Below are positions 9,569-18,847 of a stretch of DNA of 64,000 nt, piece after piece. The notes under the pieces are model-generated. The model was not told the DNA's origin. It saw only the letters and a program-made list of their open reading frames with translations, and made no database searches. Location: contig CAVUMU010000002.1 in assembly GCA_963742755.1 (NCBI GenBank), positions 108,987 to 172,986 on the forward strand. The letters run 5' to 3'. The DNA is from an uncultured Gemmatimonadales bacterium. GTDB lineage: Bacteria > Gemmatimonadota > Gemmatimonadetes > Gemmatimonadales > GWC2-71-9. Both the position numbers and the translations under genes were made by a program. Position 1 is the first letter of the stretch. Every line of letters starts with the position of its first letter.

Positions 9569-10665
9569 TGGAGCGCACGCTCGGCCGAGAGTTCTACTTC
9601 TCGGAGGAAATCTTTGGCCTCGAGAAGGAACGTATCTTCTGCCGCGAGTGGTTCTGCGCCGGCCGCGAAGAGGATCTGCCTCCGGCGGGCGACTACCTGG
9701 CCCTCGACGTCGCGGGGGAGAGCGTCCTCGTGGTGCGGACCCGGGACGGTACGCTCGCGGCCCACTACAACGTCTGCCGGCACCGCGGATCGCGCCTGGT
9801 GCCGGCGGGTTCCCGGGGCTCTCTGGGCGGCACCATTCGCTGCCCCTATCACTCCTGGACGTACACCCTGGACGGCGCCCTCCGCACTGCTCCTCACCTC
9901 GATGAAGAGGACGGCTTCACCAAGGCGCGCTTGGGACTCAACCCGGTGGGCATCGAGATCTGGGGCGGGTTCTTCTTCCTCAACCTCACTCCGGCCGAAG
10001 CATCCAGCCGCAATTACGGTCTGCTCTCCCAGCTGGGCGAGATACCGGGACGGCTTCGGAGATATCCGCTGGCCGAGCTGCGCTCCGGGCGGCGGATCGA
10101 GTACGAGGTGGAGGCGAACTGGAAGGTCTTACTGGAGAACTACAACGAGTGCTATCACTGCGGGCCGGTTCATCCCGAATTGTGCCGGCTGGTGCCCGCT
10201 TTCAAGCAACGGGGCGGGTCCGACCTGGATTGGGAACGGGGTATCCCGCACCGTGAGGGCGCCTGGACGTTCACCGAGACCGGAACGACTAACCGAAGGC
10301 CGTTCGAGGGGCTCGATGACGATGAGCGGATCCGCCACAAGGGCGAGCTGATCTACCCCAACTTCATGCTCAGTCTCTCGGCGGACCACGTCACTGCCTA
10401 CACGGTCTGGCCCCGAGACGCGGACCACACAACAGTGGTGTGCGATTTTCTCTTTCACCCCTCCGAGATCGCATCGAACGAGTTCGATCCTTCGGACGCG
10501 GTCGACTTCTGGGACCGGGTGAACCGGCAGGATTGGGCCATCTGCGAGAACGTGCAGCGCGGGATGCAGTCGAGGGTGTTCGAGTACGGGTATTACGCGC
10601 CGATGGAGAGCGCGAGTCTCGACATCCGCCGGTACATAAAAGAAAAGCTGGGAGGTGAGAAGTGA
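9568..10665 (+). CDS. Rieske [2Fe-2S] non-heme-iron oxygenase, alpha-subunit type
   Basis: 365 aa. Rieske motif CRHRGSRLV...CPYHSWTY. Mononuclear-iron motif NYNECYHCGPVHPEL. No beta subunit or reductase gene is adjacent. The last codons and the TGA are supplied by the heptamer repeat. Confidence 0.85.
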   Translation: MERTLGREFYFSEEIFGLEKERIFCREWFCAGREEDLPPAGDYLALDVAGESVLVVRTRDGTLAAHYNVCRHRGSRLVPAGSRGSLGGTIRCPYHSWTYTLDGALRTAPHLDEEDGFTKARLGLNPVGIEIWGGFFFLNLTPAEASSRNYGLLSQLGEIPGRLRRYPLAELRSGRRIEYEVEANWKVLLENYNECYHCGPVHPELCRLVPAFKQRGGSDLDWERGIPHREGAWTFTETGTTNRRPFEGLDDDERIRHKGELIYPNFMLSLSADHVTAYTVWPRDADHTTVVCDFLFHPSEIASNEFDPSDAVDFWDRVNRQDWAICENVQRGMQSRVFEYGYYAPMESASLDIRRYIKEKLGGEK

Positions 10666-10811
10666 GAGGTGAGAAGGAACAGGTGCATCGTGTCCCGGGT
10701 GACGAAATGGATCTCCGATCACTCGTGGTAGGTCCTTCGCTTCGCTCAGGATGAGGAGCCTTCTGCCTATTCTCAGCTCGTCCTTCTCCCTTCTCACTTC
10801 TTACTTTTCAC
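10655..10811. repeat. Heptamer-array inverted repeat, GTGAGAA family (arms 10655-10675 and 10784-10811, 108-nt insert)
   Basis: Left arm GTGAGAA GTGAGAG GTGAGAA. Right arm TTCTCCC TTCTCAC TTCTTAC TTTTCAC, the reverse complement of the same unit type. Read directly from the sequence. Confidence 0.9.
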
Positions 10812-10818
10812 GGCGTTC

Positions 10819-11985
10819 GTGAAGAGAGACTTCGAGTACATCGTTCTCGGCCTGGGAGGGTTCGGCAGCGCCGCGGCCTACTGGCTCTCCAAACGGGCCG
10901 GGGCCGAGGTGCTGGGGCTGGAGCAGTTCGAGCTGGGTCACGTACGCGGTGAGTCGCAGGACCACTCCCGCATTATCCGGCTGTCCTATCACACCCCCGC
11001 CTATGTCGAGCTCGCCAAACACGCCTTTCGCGCCTGGGCCCAACTGGAGAAAGATTCGGGCGAGCAGATCGTGCTCAAGACCGGCGGGCTCGACTTTGCA
11101 CCCCGGATCAGCGCCATTCCGCTGACCACCTACTCCGGAAGCATGGATGCGGCGGGCGTCAGCTACGAGGCGCTGGACGCGGCAGAGATCATGCGCCGCT
11201 GGCCTCCCTTTCGACTTAGCGAAGATATCCACGGGCTCTTCCAGCCGGAGAGCGGCATCGCGATGGCGGCCCGGGGGAATGCCGCCCACCAGCGGGTCGC
11301 GCGGGAGCTCGGTGCCACCCTGCGGGACCGGGCGCCGGTAGAAGCCATCCGGCCGCTGGAGGGGTACATCGAAGTCGACGCGGGTGGAGAGCGATACCGC
11401 TGCCGGCGGCTGGTGATCGCGGCCGGCTCGTGGTCCAACCGGGCGCTGGCCCCATTCGGGATTCAACTGCCACTCACCGTCACCCAGGAGCAGGTGACCT
11501 ATTTCGCCACGGCCCGGCCCGCGGACTTCCAGCCCGGCCGCTTCCCCATCTGGATCTGGATGGACGATCCCTGCTTTTACGGCTTCCCCATCTTCGGCGA
11601 GAAGGGGCCCAAGGTGGGGCAGGACGCAGGCGGAAAGGAGGTCACCGCCGATACCCGGACCTTCGAACCAGACCAGGATGCGCTCCGCCGGGTGCAGGAC
11701 TTTCTCGGGAAGTACATCCCCAGCGCACTCGGCCCCATCATTTACACCAAGTCCTGCCTCTACACGCTCACGCCGGACCGCGACTTCGTGCTCGATGCTG
11801 TTCCGGGACATCCGAATGTGGTTGTGGCCATCGGCGGCGGTCACGGATTCAAGTTCGCCTCATTGATCGGGCGGACCTTATCCGAACTGTCCATCGACGG
11901 CGGCACCGAGCGCAACCTCGGACCGTTCCGAATCGACCGTGCCGTGCTGCAGCTGGTCAATCCTCCCCGGAACTACATGGTGTGA
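10819..11985 (+). CDS. Monomeric sarcosine oxidase / N-methyl-L-amino-acid oxidase-like flavoprotein
   Basis: 388 aa. GxGxxG fold YIVLGLGGFGSAAAYWLSKR. The signature ESQDHSRIIRLSYH and C-terminal GGGHGFKF are typical of the MSOX/MTOX (SolA-like) family. Confidence 0.8.
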   Translation: MKRDFEYIVLGLGGFGSAAAYWLSKRAGAEVLGLEQFELGHVRGESQDHSRIIRLSYHTPAYVELAKHAFRAWAQLEKDSGEQIVLKTGGLDFAPRISAIPLTTYSGSMDAAGVSYEALDAAEIMRRWPPFRLSEDIHGLFQPESGIAMAARGNAAHQRVARELGATLRDRAPVEAIRPLEGYIEVDAGGERYRCRRLVIAAGSWSNRALAPFGIQLPLTVTQEQVTYFATARPADFQPGRFPIWIWMDDPCFYGFPIFGEKGPKVGQDAGGKEVTADTRTFEPDQDALRRVQDFLGKYIPSALGPIIYTKSCLYTLTPDRDFVLDAVPGHPNVVVAIGGGHGFKFASLIGRTLSELSIDGGTERNLGPFRIDRAVLQLVNPPRNYMV

Positions 11986-13415
11986 CGGTTTCCGCCACTC
12001 CCGCGGTCCCATTCCAGGAAGCGCCGGCACAGCTCCAGCGCGCGATGGGGTTTCGCGATCTGCTGCTGTTCTACCTGGTTACCGGTTTCACCGTGCGCTG
12101 GATCGGCACCGCGGCCGCGGCGGGGCCGAGCGCAATTGTCATCTGGCTGACGGCATGCCTGGCATTCTATGTCCCGCTGATGTTTACGGTTCTGGAGCTG
12201 TCGTCCCGCTATCCCAATGAGGGTGGCTGCTACGTATGGAGTAAACGCGCCTTTGGGGACTTCGCCGGGTTCATTACGGGTTGGACGTACTGGACCTGTA
12301 ACCTGCCGTACTTTCCCGGCCTGTTCTACTTCACCGCGGCGGCAGCGCTGTTCATCGGCGGGCCCAGGTGGCAGGCTCTGGCGGAGCGACCGCTGTACTT
12401 CATCGCCTTCTCTCTGCTGGCGCTGACCCTCGCGGCCGGGCTCAATGTGCGCGGGCTTGCCGTGGGGAAATGGCTTCACAATCTGGGAGCCCTCGGGCTT
12501 TGGGTGCCCGGAATTGTGCTTTTGGGGCTTGGCCTCGCCGCCTGGCTCCGATTCGGGTCGGCCACGGCCTTCACCTCAGGGACCATGGTCCCAAGCACCC
12601 ACCTCAAGGACATCGTATTCTGGTCTACCATCGCCTTCTCCCTCAGCGGCCTCGAGAGCGCATCCATGATGGGAGACGAGATCCAGAACCCGCGACGGAA
12701 CATTCCGCGAGCCCTGCTGCTGGCGGGATCCCTGATCACCGCGCTCTATGTTCTCTGTACCATCGCCATGCTCGTTGCCTTGCCGGCCACCGACATCCTC
12801 CACCTGCAGGGCTTCATGAAGGCCATTGCAACGGTCAGCGATCGCCTGGGGGTGGGGCAGCTGGTCCCGCTGATCGCGCTGCTGATCGTGATCGGAGGGC
12901 TGGGGCAGGCCGGAGCATGGTTCGCGGCCGGGGGCCGGCTTCCGTTTGTGGCCGGTCTCGACCGGTTCCTTCCGGCCGCATTCGGGAAGATTCATCCTCG
13001 CTACGGCTCGCCCCATGTCAGCCTCATCACCCAGGCTGTTATCGCGGCGCTGTTCATTCTTCTGGGTCAGGCCGGCACGACCGTGAAAGGCGCCTATGAC
13101 GTGCTGGTCAGCATGGCCATCATCTCCTACTTCATTCCCTACCTCTTCATGTTTGCCTCGATGATCCGGCTCCAGCGAGAGCCGGCCGGCCCGGGCGTCA
13201 TTCGGGTGCCCGGCGGCGGACCGGTGGCCATAGCGCTTGCCGCCCTGGGTTTCGTGGTCACCACCTTCTCGATCGGGCTGGCGCTCATCCCGGCGGAGGA
13301 CGAGCCGAACAAGGCGCTGGCCGTCACCAAGGTCGCCGGCCTCACGATCCTGCTGGTGGCCGGTGGTGCATTGGTCTACTTCCTCGGCACCCGGAGGGCG
13401 CATGCCCGCGGTTGA
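11982..13415 (+). CDS. APC-family amino acid/polyamine permease
   Basis: In-frame GTG 11982 overlaps the upstream stop (GTGA). The ORF-track start at 11430 would overlap the oxidase by 550 nt. Product is 477 aa and polytopic (multiple hydrophobic helices, e.g. YVWSKRAFGDFAGFITGWTYW). Confidence 0.8.
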   Translation: MTVSATPAVPFQEAPAQLQRAMGFRDLLLFYLVTGFTVRWIGTAAAAGPSAIVIWLTACLAFYVPLMFTVLELSSRYPNEGGCYVWSKRAFGDFAGFITGWTYWTCNLPYFPGLFYFTAAAALFIGGPRWQALAERPLYFIAFSLLALTLAAGLNVRGLAVGKWLHNLGALGLWVPGIVLLGLGLAAWLRFGSATAFTSGTMVPSTHLKDIVFWSTIAFSLSGLESASMMGDEIQNPRRNIPRALLLAGSLITALYVLCTIAMLVALPATDILHLQGFMKAIATVSDRLGVGQLVPLIALLIVIGGLGQAGAWFAAGGRLPFVAGLDRFLPAAFGKIHPRYGSPHVSLITQAVIAALFILLGQAGTTVKGAYDVLVSMAIISYFIPYLFMFASMIRLQREPAGPGVIRVPGGGPVAIALAALGFVVTTFSIGLALIPAEDEPNKALAVTKVAGLTILLVAGGALVYFLGTRRAHARG

Positions 13416-13680
13416 CTCCCGATTACGCGACCTCGACCGAGCCCGCTGGCGGATGGCCCTGACCCTCACGGGTGCGACGGTCTTGATCTACTTCGGGTTC
13501 ATCGCCCTGGTGGCGTTTGGGCGGTCGCTTCTGGCCATCCAGCTGCTACCAGGACTCAGCCTGGGAATCCTGCTGGGCGCGTTGGTGATCGTGGCCTCGT
13601 GGATCCTCACCTGGATCTATGTCCGGTGGGCCAACGCGGTTTACGACCCCCAGGTCCGGGCGCTGGAGTCGGACCGATGA
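13402..13680 (+). CDS. DUF485-type small inner-membrane protein (YjcH-like)
   Basis: 92 aa from ATG 13402, with two predicted helices. It sits immediately upstream of, and overlaps (ATGA), an ActP-like symporter, as in the yjcH-actP arrangement. Confidence 0.65.
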   Translation: MPAVDSRLRDLDRARWRMALTLTGATVLIYFGFIALVAFGRSLLAIQLLPGLSLGILLGALVIVASWILTWIYVRWANAVYDPQVRALESDR

Positions 13681-15230
13681 CCCAGGGCGCGGCCGATACC
13701 GCCATCGGGCAGCCCAACGCGGTGGCCATGGCATTTTTCTTCGTCTTCATCAGCATCACGCTCGGGATCACCTTCTGGGCGGCTAAGCGGACCCGGACCA
13801 CGGAGCAGTTCTACGCCGCGGGCCGGACCATCAGCGCCGGGCAAAACGGCTTTGCCCTGGCGGGCGACTACATGAGCGCGGCGTCATTCCTTGGGATCGC
13901 CGGTCTGGTCTCCACGACCGGGTTCGACGGGCTCATCTATTCGACCGGTTGGCTGGTCGGCTGGCCGGTGGTGCTCTTTCTGATCGCCGAGCCGCTGCGC
14001 AACCTGGGCCGCTACACCTTTGCCGATGTCGTGGCCATGCGGCTGCGACAGACCCCGGTGCGGATCGCCGCAGCGCTGGGCACCCTGGCCACGGTAACCC
14101 TTTACCTCATCGCCCAAATGGTTGGCGCCGGCGGACTGATCCGGCTGATGTTCGGCTTCAGCTATGAGCATGCCATCATCCTGGTCGGCATCGTCATGAT
14201 CGGGTACGTGCTCTTCGGCGGTATGATCGCGACGACCTGGGTTCAGATTGTGAAGGCTGTGCTGCTCATGAGCGGAGCGCTACTGCTCGCCCTGCTGGTC
14301 CTGCTCCGCTTTCACCTGAGCCCGGCCGCGCTCTTCGCCGCCGCCGCGGAGCGCTACGGTGCCGGGGTACTCGCGCCGGGGAAGCTGGTGTCGAACCCGC
14401 TCGATGCCGTCTCCCTGGGGATGGCCCTGATGTTCGGCACCGCCGGGCTGCCGCACATCCTGATGCGGTTCTACACTGTGCCGGACGCCCGGGCGGCCCG
14501 CACCTCGGTGTTCATTGCCACCGGCCTCATCGGGCTCTTCTATCTGCTGACGTTCATCCTGGGCTTTGGGGCGATGGTGCTGATCGGTCCAGCTGCCATC
14601 ACCGCGGTGGACAAGGGCGGCAACATGGCCGCGCCGCTCCTCGCCGAGCTGTTGGGCGGAACCCCATTTCTCGGCTTCATCGCTGCAGTGGCCTTCGCCA
14701 CCATTCTTGCCGTGGTTGCCGGTCTCACGCTCTCGGGTGCCGCGGCGCTGTCCCACGATCTCTGGGTCAGCGTGGTGCGTAAGGGGCACGCCGACGCTGG
14801 GGAGCAACTCCGGGTTGCCCGCATTGCCACCCTGGCGCTCGGTATCGTGGCGGTTGGGCTAGGCATCACTTTCAAGGGTCAGAACGTGGCCTTCATGGTG
14901 TCGCTGGCGTTCGCAATTGCGGCCAGTGCAAACTTTCCTGCCCTTGTCCTCGCCATCTTCTGGCGACGCTATACCACCGCCGGGGCGGTGACCAGCATGG
15001 CCACCGGCACCATCGCCACCCTGGGCTTGATCTACTTCTCGCCGACGATTCAGCTGGACATTCTGGGGCAGGGGAGCGCATGGTTCCCGCTCAAGAATCC
15101 GGCTCTGGTCACCATACCACTGTCCTTCCTCGCCGGCATCGTGGTGTCACTCCTGGCGCCTGAGCCCGAGGCCGCTCTGGGGTTCACGCGACTTGAGCGT
15201 CAGACCCATCTTGGAGCCGCCGCCGAGTGA
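13677..15230 (+). CDS. actP: Sodium:solute symporter family, cation/acetate symporter ActP-like
   Basis: 517 aa from ATG 13677. N-terminus AMAFFFVFISITLGITFWAAKRTRTTEQFYAAGR and GLPHILMRFYTVPDA are characteristic of ActP-type SSS transporters. Confidence 0.8.
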   Translation: MTQGAADTAIGQPNAVAMAFFFVFISITLGITFWAAKRTRTTEQFYAAGRTISAGQNGFALAGDYMSAASFLGIAGLVSTTGFDGLIYSTGWLVGWPVVLFLIAEPLRNLGRYTFADVVAMRLRQTPVRIAAALGTLATVTLYLIAQMVGAGGLIRLMFGFSYEHAIILVGIVMIGYVLFGGMIATTWVQIVKAVLLMSGALLLALLVLLRFHLSPAALFAAAAERYGAGVLAPGKLVSNPLDAVSLGMALMFGTAGLPHILMRFYTVPDARAARTSVFIATGLIGLFYLLTFILGFGAMVLIGPAAITAVDKGGNMAAPLLAELLGGTPFLGFIAAVAFATILAVVAGLTLSGAAALSHDLWVSVVRKGHADAGEQLRVARIATLALGIVAVGLGITFKGQNVAFMVSLAFAIAASANFPALVLAIFWRRYTTAGAVTSMATGTIATLGLIYFSPTIQLDILGQGSAWFPLKNPALVTIPLSFLAGIVVSLLAPEPEAALGFTRLERQTHLGAAAE

Positions 15231-16057
15231 GCCCCAGGATCGTGGCCCCTCCGCGTGTGGCGTTGCTCGGCGTCTGCTACGACGGCAGCTCCTCATATCT
15301 GCGGGGCACTGCCGGGGCTCCGCCCATGATCCGTGAGGCGCTCTGGTCCGAGGCGGGGAATCCATGGGCCGAGCTCGGCATCGACCTCAGTACCGCCGCG
15401 CTGGATGACGAGGGCGACCTGGCGCCGGCCCCGGACGAGGACCCGGCGCAGGTTCGCCTCTTGATCGAGCAGGCGGTCAGAAGAATCGCCGAATCCGGAC
15501 GACGACCACTGGTGCTGGGCGGGGATCACTCGATAACCTATCCGGTCCTGCGTGGCTTTCGGCCCTTCCATCCACGGCTGAGCATCCTCCACTTCGATGC
15601 TCACGGAGATCTCTGGGATGAGTTTGAGGGCGACCGGTACTCCCACGCCTGCCCGTTTGCCCGGATCATGGAGGAAGGCTTGACCGACCGACTGGTCCAG
15701 GTGGGTATCCGCACCATGAATGGGCATCAGCGGGAGCAGGCCAAACGCTTCGGGGTGGAAGTGATCGAGATGAAGGATTGGCGCGACGGGATCAAACTGG
15801 AGTTCGACACGCCGGTCTATGTGTCGTTTGATCTCGATGTCATCGAGCCCGGGCTGGCGCCGGGCATCTCCCATCGCGAAGCGGGTGGCTTCTCGGTGCG
15901 CCAGGCGCTAGCGGTGGTACAGTCGCTCACGGCACCGGTGGTCGGTGCCGACTTCGTCGAGTTCAATCCGGCCGCCGATCAAACCGGTGTAACCGCCGCC
16001 GTTAGCGGCAAGCTGGTCAAGGAGCTGGCCGCCCGCATGCTCATGGAGACGCTATGA
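15227..16057 (+). CDS. Agmatinase/arginase-family ureohydrolase (guanidino-compound hydrolase)
   Basis: 276 aa. Mn-binding motifs GGDHSITYP, HFDAHGDL and SFDLDVIEPGLAPG. GTGA overlap with actP. Confidence 0.85.
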   Translation: MSPRIVAPPRVALLGVCYDGSSSYLRGTAGAPPMIREALWSEAGNPWAELGIDLSTAALDDEGDLAPAPDEDPAQVRLLIEQAVRRIAESGRRPLVLGGDHSITYPVLRGFRPFHPRLSILHFDAHGDLWDEFEGDRYSHACPFARIMEEGLTDRLVQVGIRTMNGHQREQAKRFGVEVIEMKDWRDGIKLEFDTPVYVSFDLDVIEPGLAPGISHREAGGFSVRQALAVVQSLTAPVVGADFVEFNPAADQTGVTAAVSGKLVKELAARMLMETL

Positions 16058-17483
16058 CCTGCCTTGTCCGCCGGCTGGCTCGACTGGCCGCACTCCTGTG
16101 CGCTCTCGCGATGCCCGCCGCAGCGCAGGCGCCGGCGCTCGATTACGACCGCCTTCGCGACGAGACCGCCCAGCGGCTGTCCGAGTATATCCGGATCAAC
16201 AGCAGCAATCCGCCGGGCAACGAGCTGGCCACCGCCCGCTGGCTCAAGGAGGTGCTGGCCAGGGAGGGGATCGAGGGACAGATCCTCGACACCGCCGAGC
16301 TGGGAGCGGGACGGGCCAACTTCTACGCTCGGCTGAGGGGGAACGGCTCCGGGAAAGCGATCGCCCTGGTGCACCATATGGATGTGGTGCCGGTATCCCG
16401 GGAGTTCTGGACCGAGGATCCATTCGCGGGGCTGATCAAGGACGGCTATGTCTGGGGCCGCGGCGCCCTGGATATGAAGGGCCACGGCATCGTCCAACTG
16501 ATGACTCTGATCGCCATCAAGCGCGCGGGCATCCAGCTCAACCGCGACCTGGTGTACATCGGCAATGCTGATGAGGAGTCGGGTGGACTGGGAGCCAAGA
16601 CCTTCATCGTACGGCACCCTGATCTCATCAAGGACGTCGAGTATCTGCTGACCGAGAGCGGTGGAAGTCGGGTTGAGAAGGGAAAGTCCGATGGTTCGGC
16701 CTGAACGTGGGGGAGAAGCGGGCGTATTGGCAGAAGCTGGTGGTGAAGGGCAAGGCGTCCCATGGCTCCAGGCCAACTCCCTACAACCCGGTGCCTCGCC
16801 TCGCGCGAATACTGACGCGCGTTGCCGCATGGGAGACGCCGTTACGACTCACGCCCGCAGTGGATCGCTACCTCAGGGCGGCGGCGCTCGCCGAAACCGG
16901 TGAGCACCGCCGCTGGCTGGCCGACCCGGCACGGGCCCTCGAGTCTGCCCGGGGGCGAGCCTGGCTTCTCAGCGAGCCAGAGCGCAACGCGCTGTTGCGG
17001 AACACGATTTCTCCGACTGTCCTCGTCGGGTCCAACAAGACCAACACCATACCGCCCGAGGCCTCCGCGGAGCTCGATATCCGCCTGCTTCCCGACCAGG
17101 ACACGGTGGCTTTCCGGCGAGAGCTCCTTCGGGTGATCGGTGACACCGGCTTCACGCTAACATCGATCGGAGACATGGCACCTCCCTTCTCCGCGCCGCT
17201 GGATACCGAAATGTCCCGCGCCATCGAGCGTACCGCTGCGCGCCTCCTCCCGGGGGTTCCATTTGCGACCACGACCAGTACCGGTGCGACTGATCGGCCC
17301 TATTACGCGGGCGCGGGGATCATCTGTTATGGGATCGATCCGGCTCTCGTGGATATTGAAGAGGTCCGGCGAGGCGTCCACGGCAATGATGAGAGGGTCT
17401 CGATCGAGAACCTCGGTTTCGGGCTCAAGCTGTATGCGGGAGTGATTCAGGAGATGCAGGCGGTAAAAAAGCGTGAACGGTGA
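16054..17483 (+). pseudogene. M20-family metallopeptidase interrupted by one frameshift (ORFs 16054..16704 and 16707..17483)
   Basis: The N-terminal half carries VHHMDVVPV, GRGALDMKG and NADEESGG. The frame breaks in GAGAAGGGAAAG (about 16675-16690). The other frame continues as KVRWFGLNVGEKRAYWQKLVVKGKASHGSRP, the expected continuation of an M20 dimerisation-domain boundary. Confidence 0.75.
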
Positions 17484-17536
17484 AAAGTTAACGGTAAACG
17501 GGGGCGGTGGAGGCCGGTTCACTGTTCACTGTTCAC
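17473..17536. repeat. Heptamer-array inverted repeat, GTGAACR family (arms 17473-17500 and 17516-17536)
   Basis: Left arm GTGAACG GTGAAAA GTTAACG GTAAACG, loop GGGGCGGTGGAGGCC, right arm GGTTCAC TGTTCAC TGTTCAC. The stop codons of both convergent genes lie inside the arms. Confidence 0.9.
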
Positions 17537-18666
17537 ACCTTTGCACTTCCATGTCCTAATGCCTTCAGCACCTCTCGATCGAACTGAACCGACAGACTCT
17601 CCCGCTTGGAGTACGGCCCCGGCTGGTACGCCCGGGACTGCACCCCGAGCTGGCTCTGCTCGCAGATGTGCCAGTCCTGCCGGTTGGTCATGTCCCAGAA
17701 CGCGATCCCGTCTTCCGGGTCGTGAGCGGGATTGTTCAGACTGTCGGGATGAAAGAGCCAGGAACAGAGGATCCTGGTGCGATCCGGCGCCTCGGGCCAC
17801 AGGGTGTGGAACATCACATAGTCGGGGTGCAGGCTGAGCAGCATGTTGGGAAAGACGGCGTAATAGTAGACCCGGTTCAGGTCTTCCTCAGGCAGGTCGC
17901 CCACCATGACCCCGCATGACCGGCCACTCATGGTCAGGCTCTGGTGGCCCTCGTTGATCACCATGAAGCCCCCGGTGACCGGGCCGTTCACCAGGTCGTT
18001 CTCCCCGCTCGTGGGCGGAGTGAGCTTTGCGAGGGGCGGGTGTACCGGACCACAGTGATAGCACTCGGAGTAGTTCTGGAAGAGCAGCTTCCAGTTGGCC
18101 TTTACCTCGTATTCCATGGTGCGGGCCACCGTCAGATTCGACATGTTGAACCGGTCGAACCGGCCGATGAGCGATTGGCAGGCCTGAGCGAAGGGCTCGG
18201 CATCCTCCGCCAGATTGATGAAGAGAAATCCTTCCCAGCTCTGAATGCCGACGGAATGCAGCGGATAGTCCGCCTTGGCAAAGCCCTCGATCTCGGACGC
18301 CGAAGGCGCCCCGATCAGTCGGCCATCCAGGGCGTAGGTCCAGGCATGATAGGGGCACTGAATGGTCTCGGAAAACCGGCCGGTGTGCTGCTCACAGAGC
18401 CGGGTCCCGCGATGCCGACAGACGTTGTAGTAAGCTCGCAGGGTGCCGCCCTGATCCCGCAGCACGATGATGCTCTCGGTCCCGACCTGCTGGACCAGGT
18501 AGTCCCCGGGCCCCGCGATGCGGTCCTCTCGCCCCACGCACAGCCATCGACGGGTGAAGATTCGCTCGGTCTCCTCGGCGAAGATCTCCGGGGCAACGTA
18601 GTAGCGGCGGGGCAGGGTCTTGGCCCCGTCAATGGCAATTTGGGTGGTCTTGACGAACGATGTCAC
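17533..18666 (-). CDS. Rieske [2Fe-2S] non-heme-iron oxygenase, alpha-subunit type (paralogue of 9568..10665)
   Basis: 377 aa. CRHRGTRLC...CPYHAWTY and NYSECYHCGPVHPPL. Colinear similarity to the first Rieske protein (e.g. EVKANWKLLFQNYSECYHCGPVHP versus EVEANWKVLLENYNECYHCGPVHP). Confidence 0.85.
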   Translation of the reverse strand: MTSFVKTTQIAIDGAKTLPRRYYVAPEIFAEETERIFTRRWLCVGREDRIAGPGDYLVQQVGTESIIVLRDQGGTLRAYYNVCRHRGTRLCEQHTGRFSETIQCPYHAWTYALDGRLIGAPSASEIEGFAKADYPLHSVGIQSWEGFLFINLAEDAEPFAQACQSLIGRFDRFNMSNLTVARTMEYEVKANWKLLFQNYSECYHCGPVHPPLAKLTPPTSGENDLVNGPVTGGFMVINEGHQSLTMSGRSCGVMVGDLPEEDLNRVYYYAVFPNMLLSLHPDYVMFHTLWPEAPDRTRILCSWLFHPDSLNNPAHDPEDGIAFWDMTNRQDWHICEQSQLGVQSRAYQPGPYSKRESLSVQFDREVLKALGHGSAKV

Positions 18667-18847
18667 GCGTCGGGCTCGGCTGAAGTGGAATGCATGAATA
18701 ATGGCGCCCGGCTGAGCCGGATGGAAGATCGGAATTGACCGGGATTACACTACCTCGGTGATCCAGGAGGTGGACGGTGGACGCGGGAAGGCCCTAAAAT
18801 GGCCGGGATCGTCCTGGAGCTCTTTTCACCCAGACGGAGGTAATCGT

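Noticed and set aside
11430-11981. N-terminal extensions proposed by the ORF track (11430 for the permease, 13237 for DUF485, 13599 for ActP, 9089 for the cupin, 49290 for glcD, 52792 for the adenosyltransferase, and others).
   Set aside because: The extensions overlap the preceding, well-supported genes in another frame and are Arg/Pro-rich. In-frame ATG/GTG starts that abut or overlap the upstream stop by 1-14 nt give proteins with normal N-termini.
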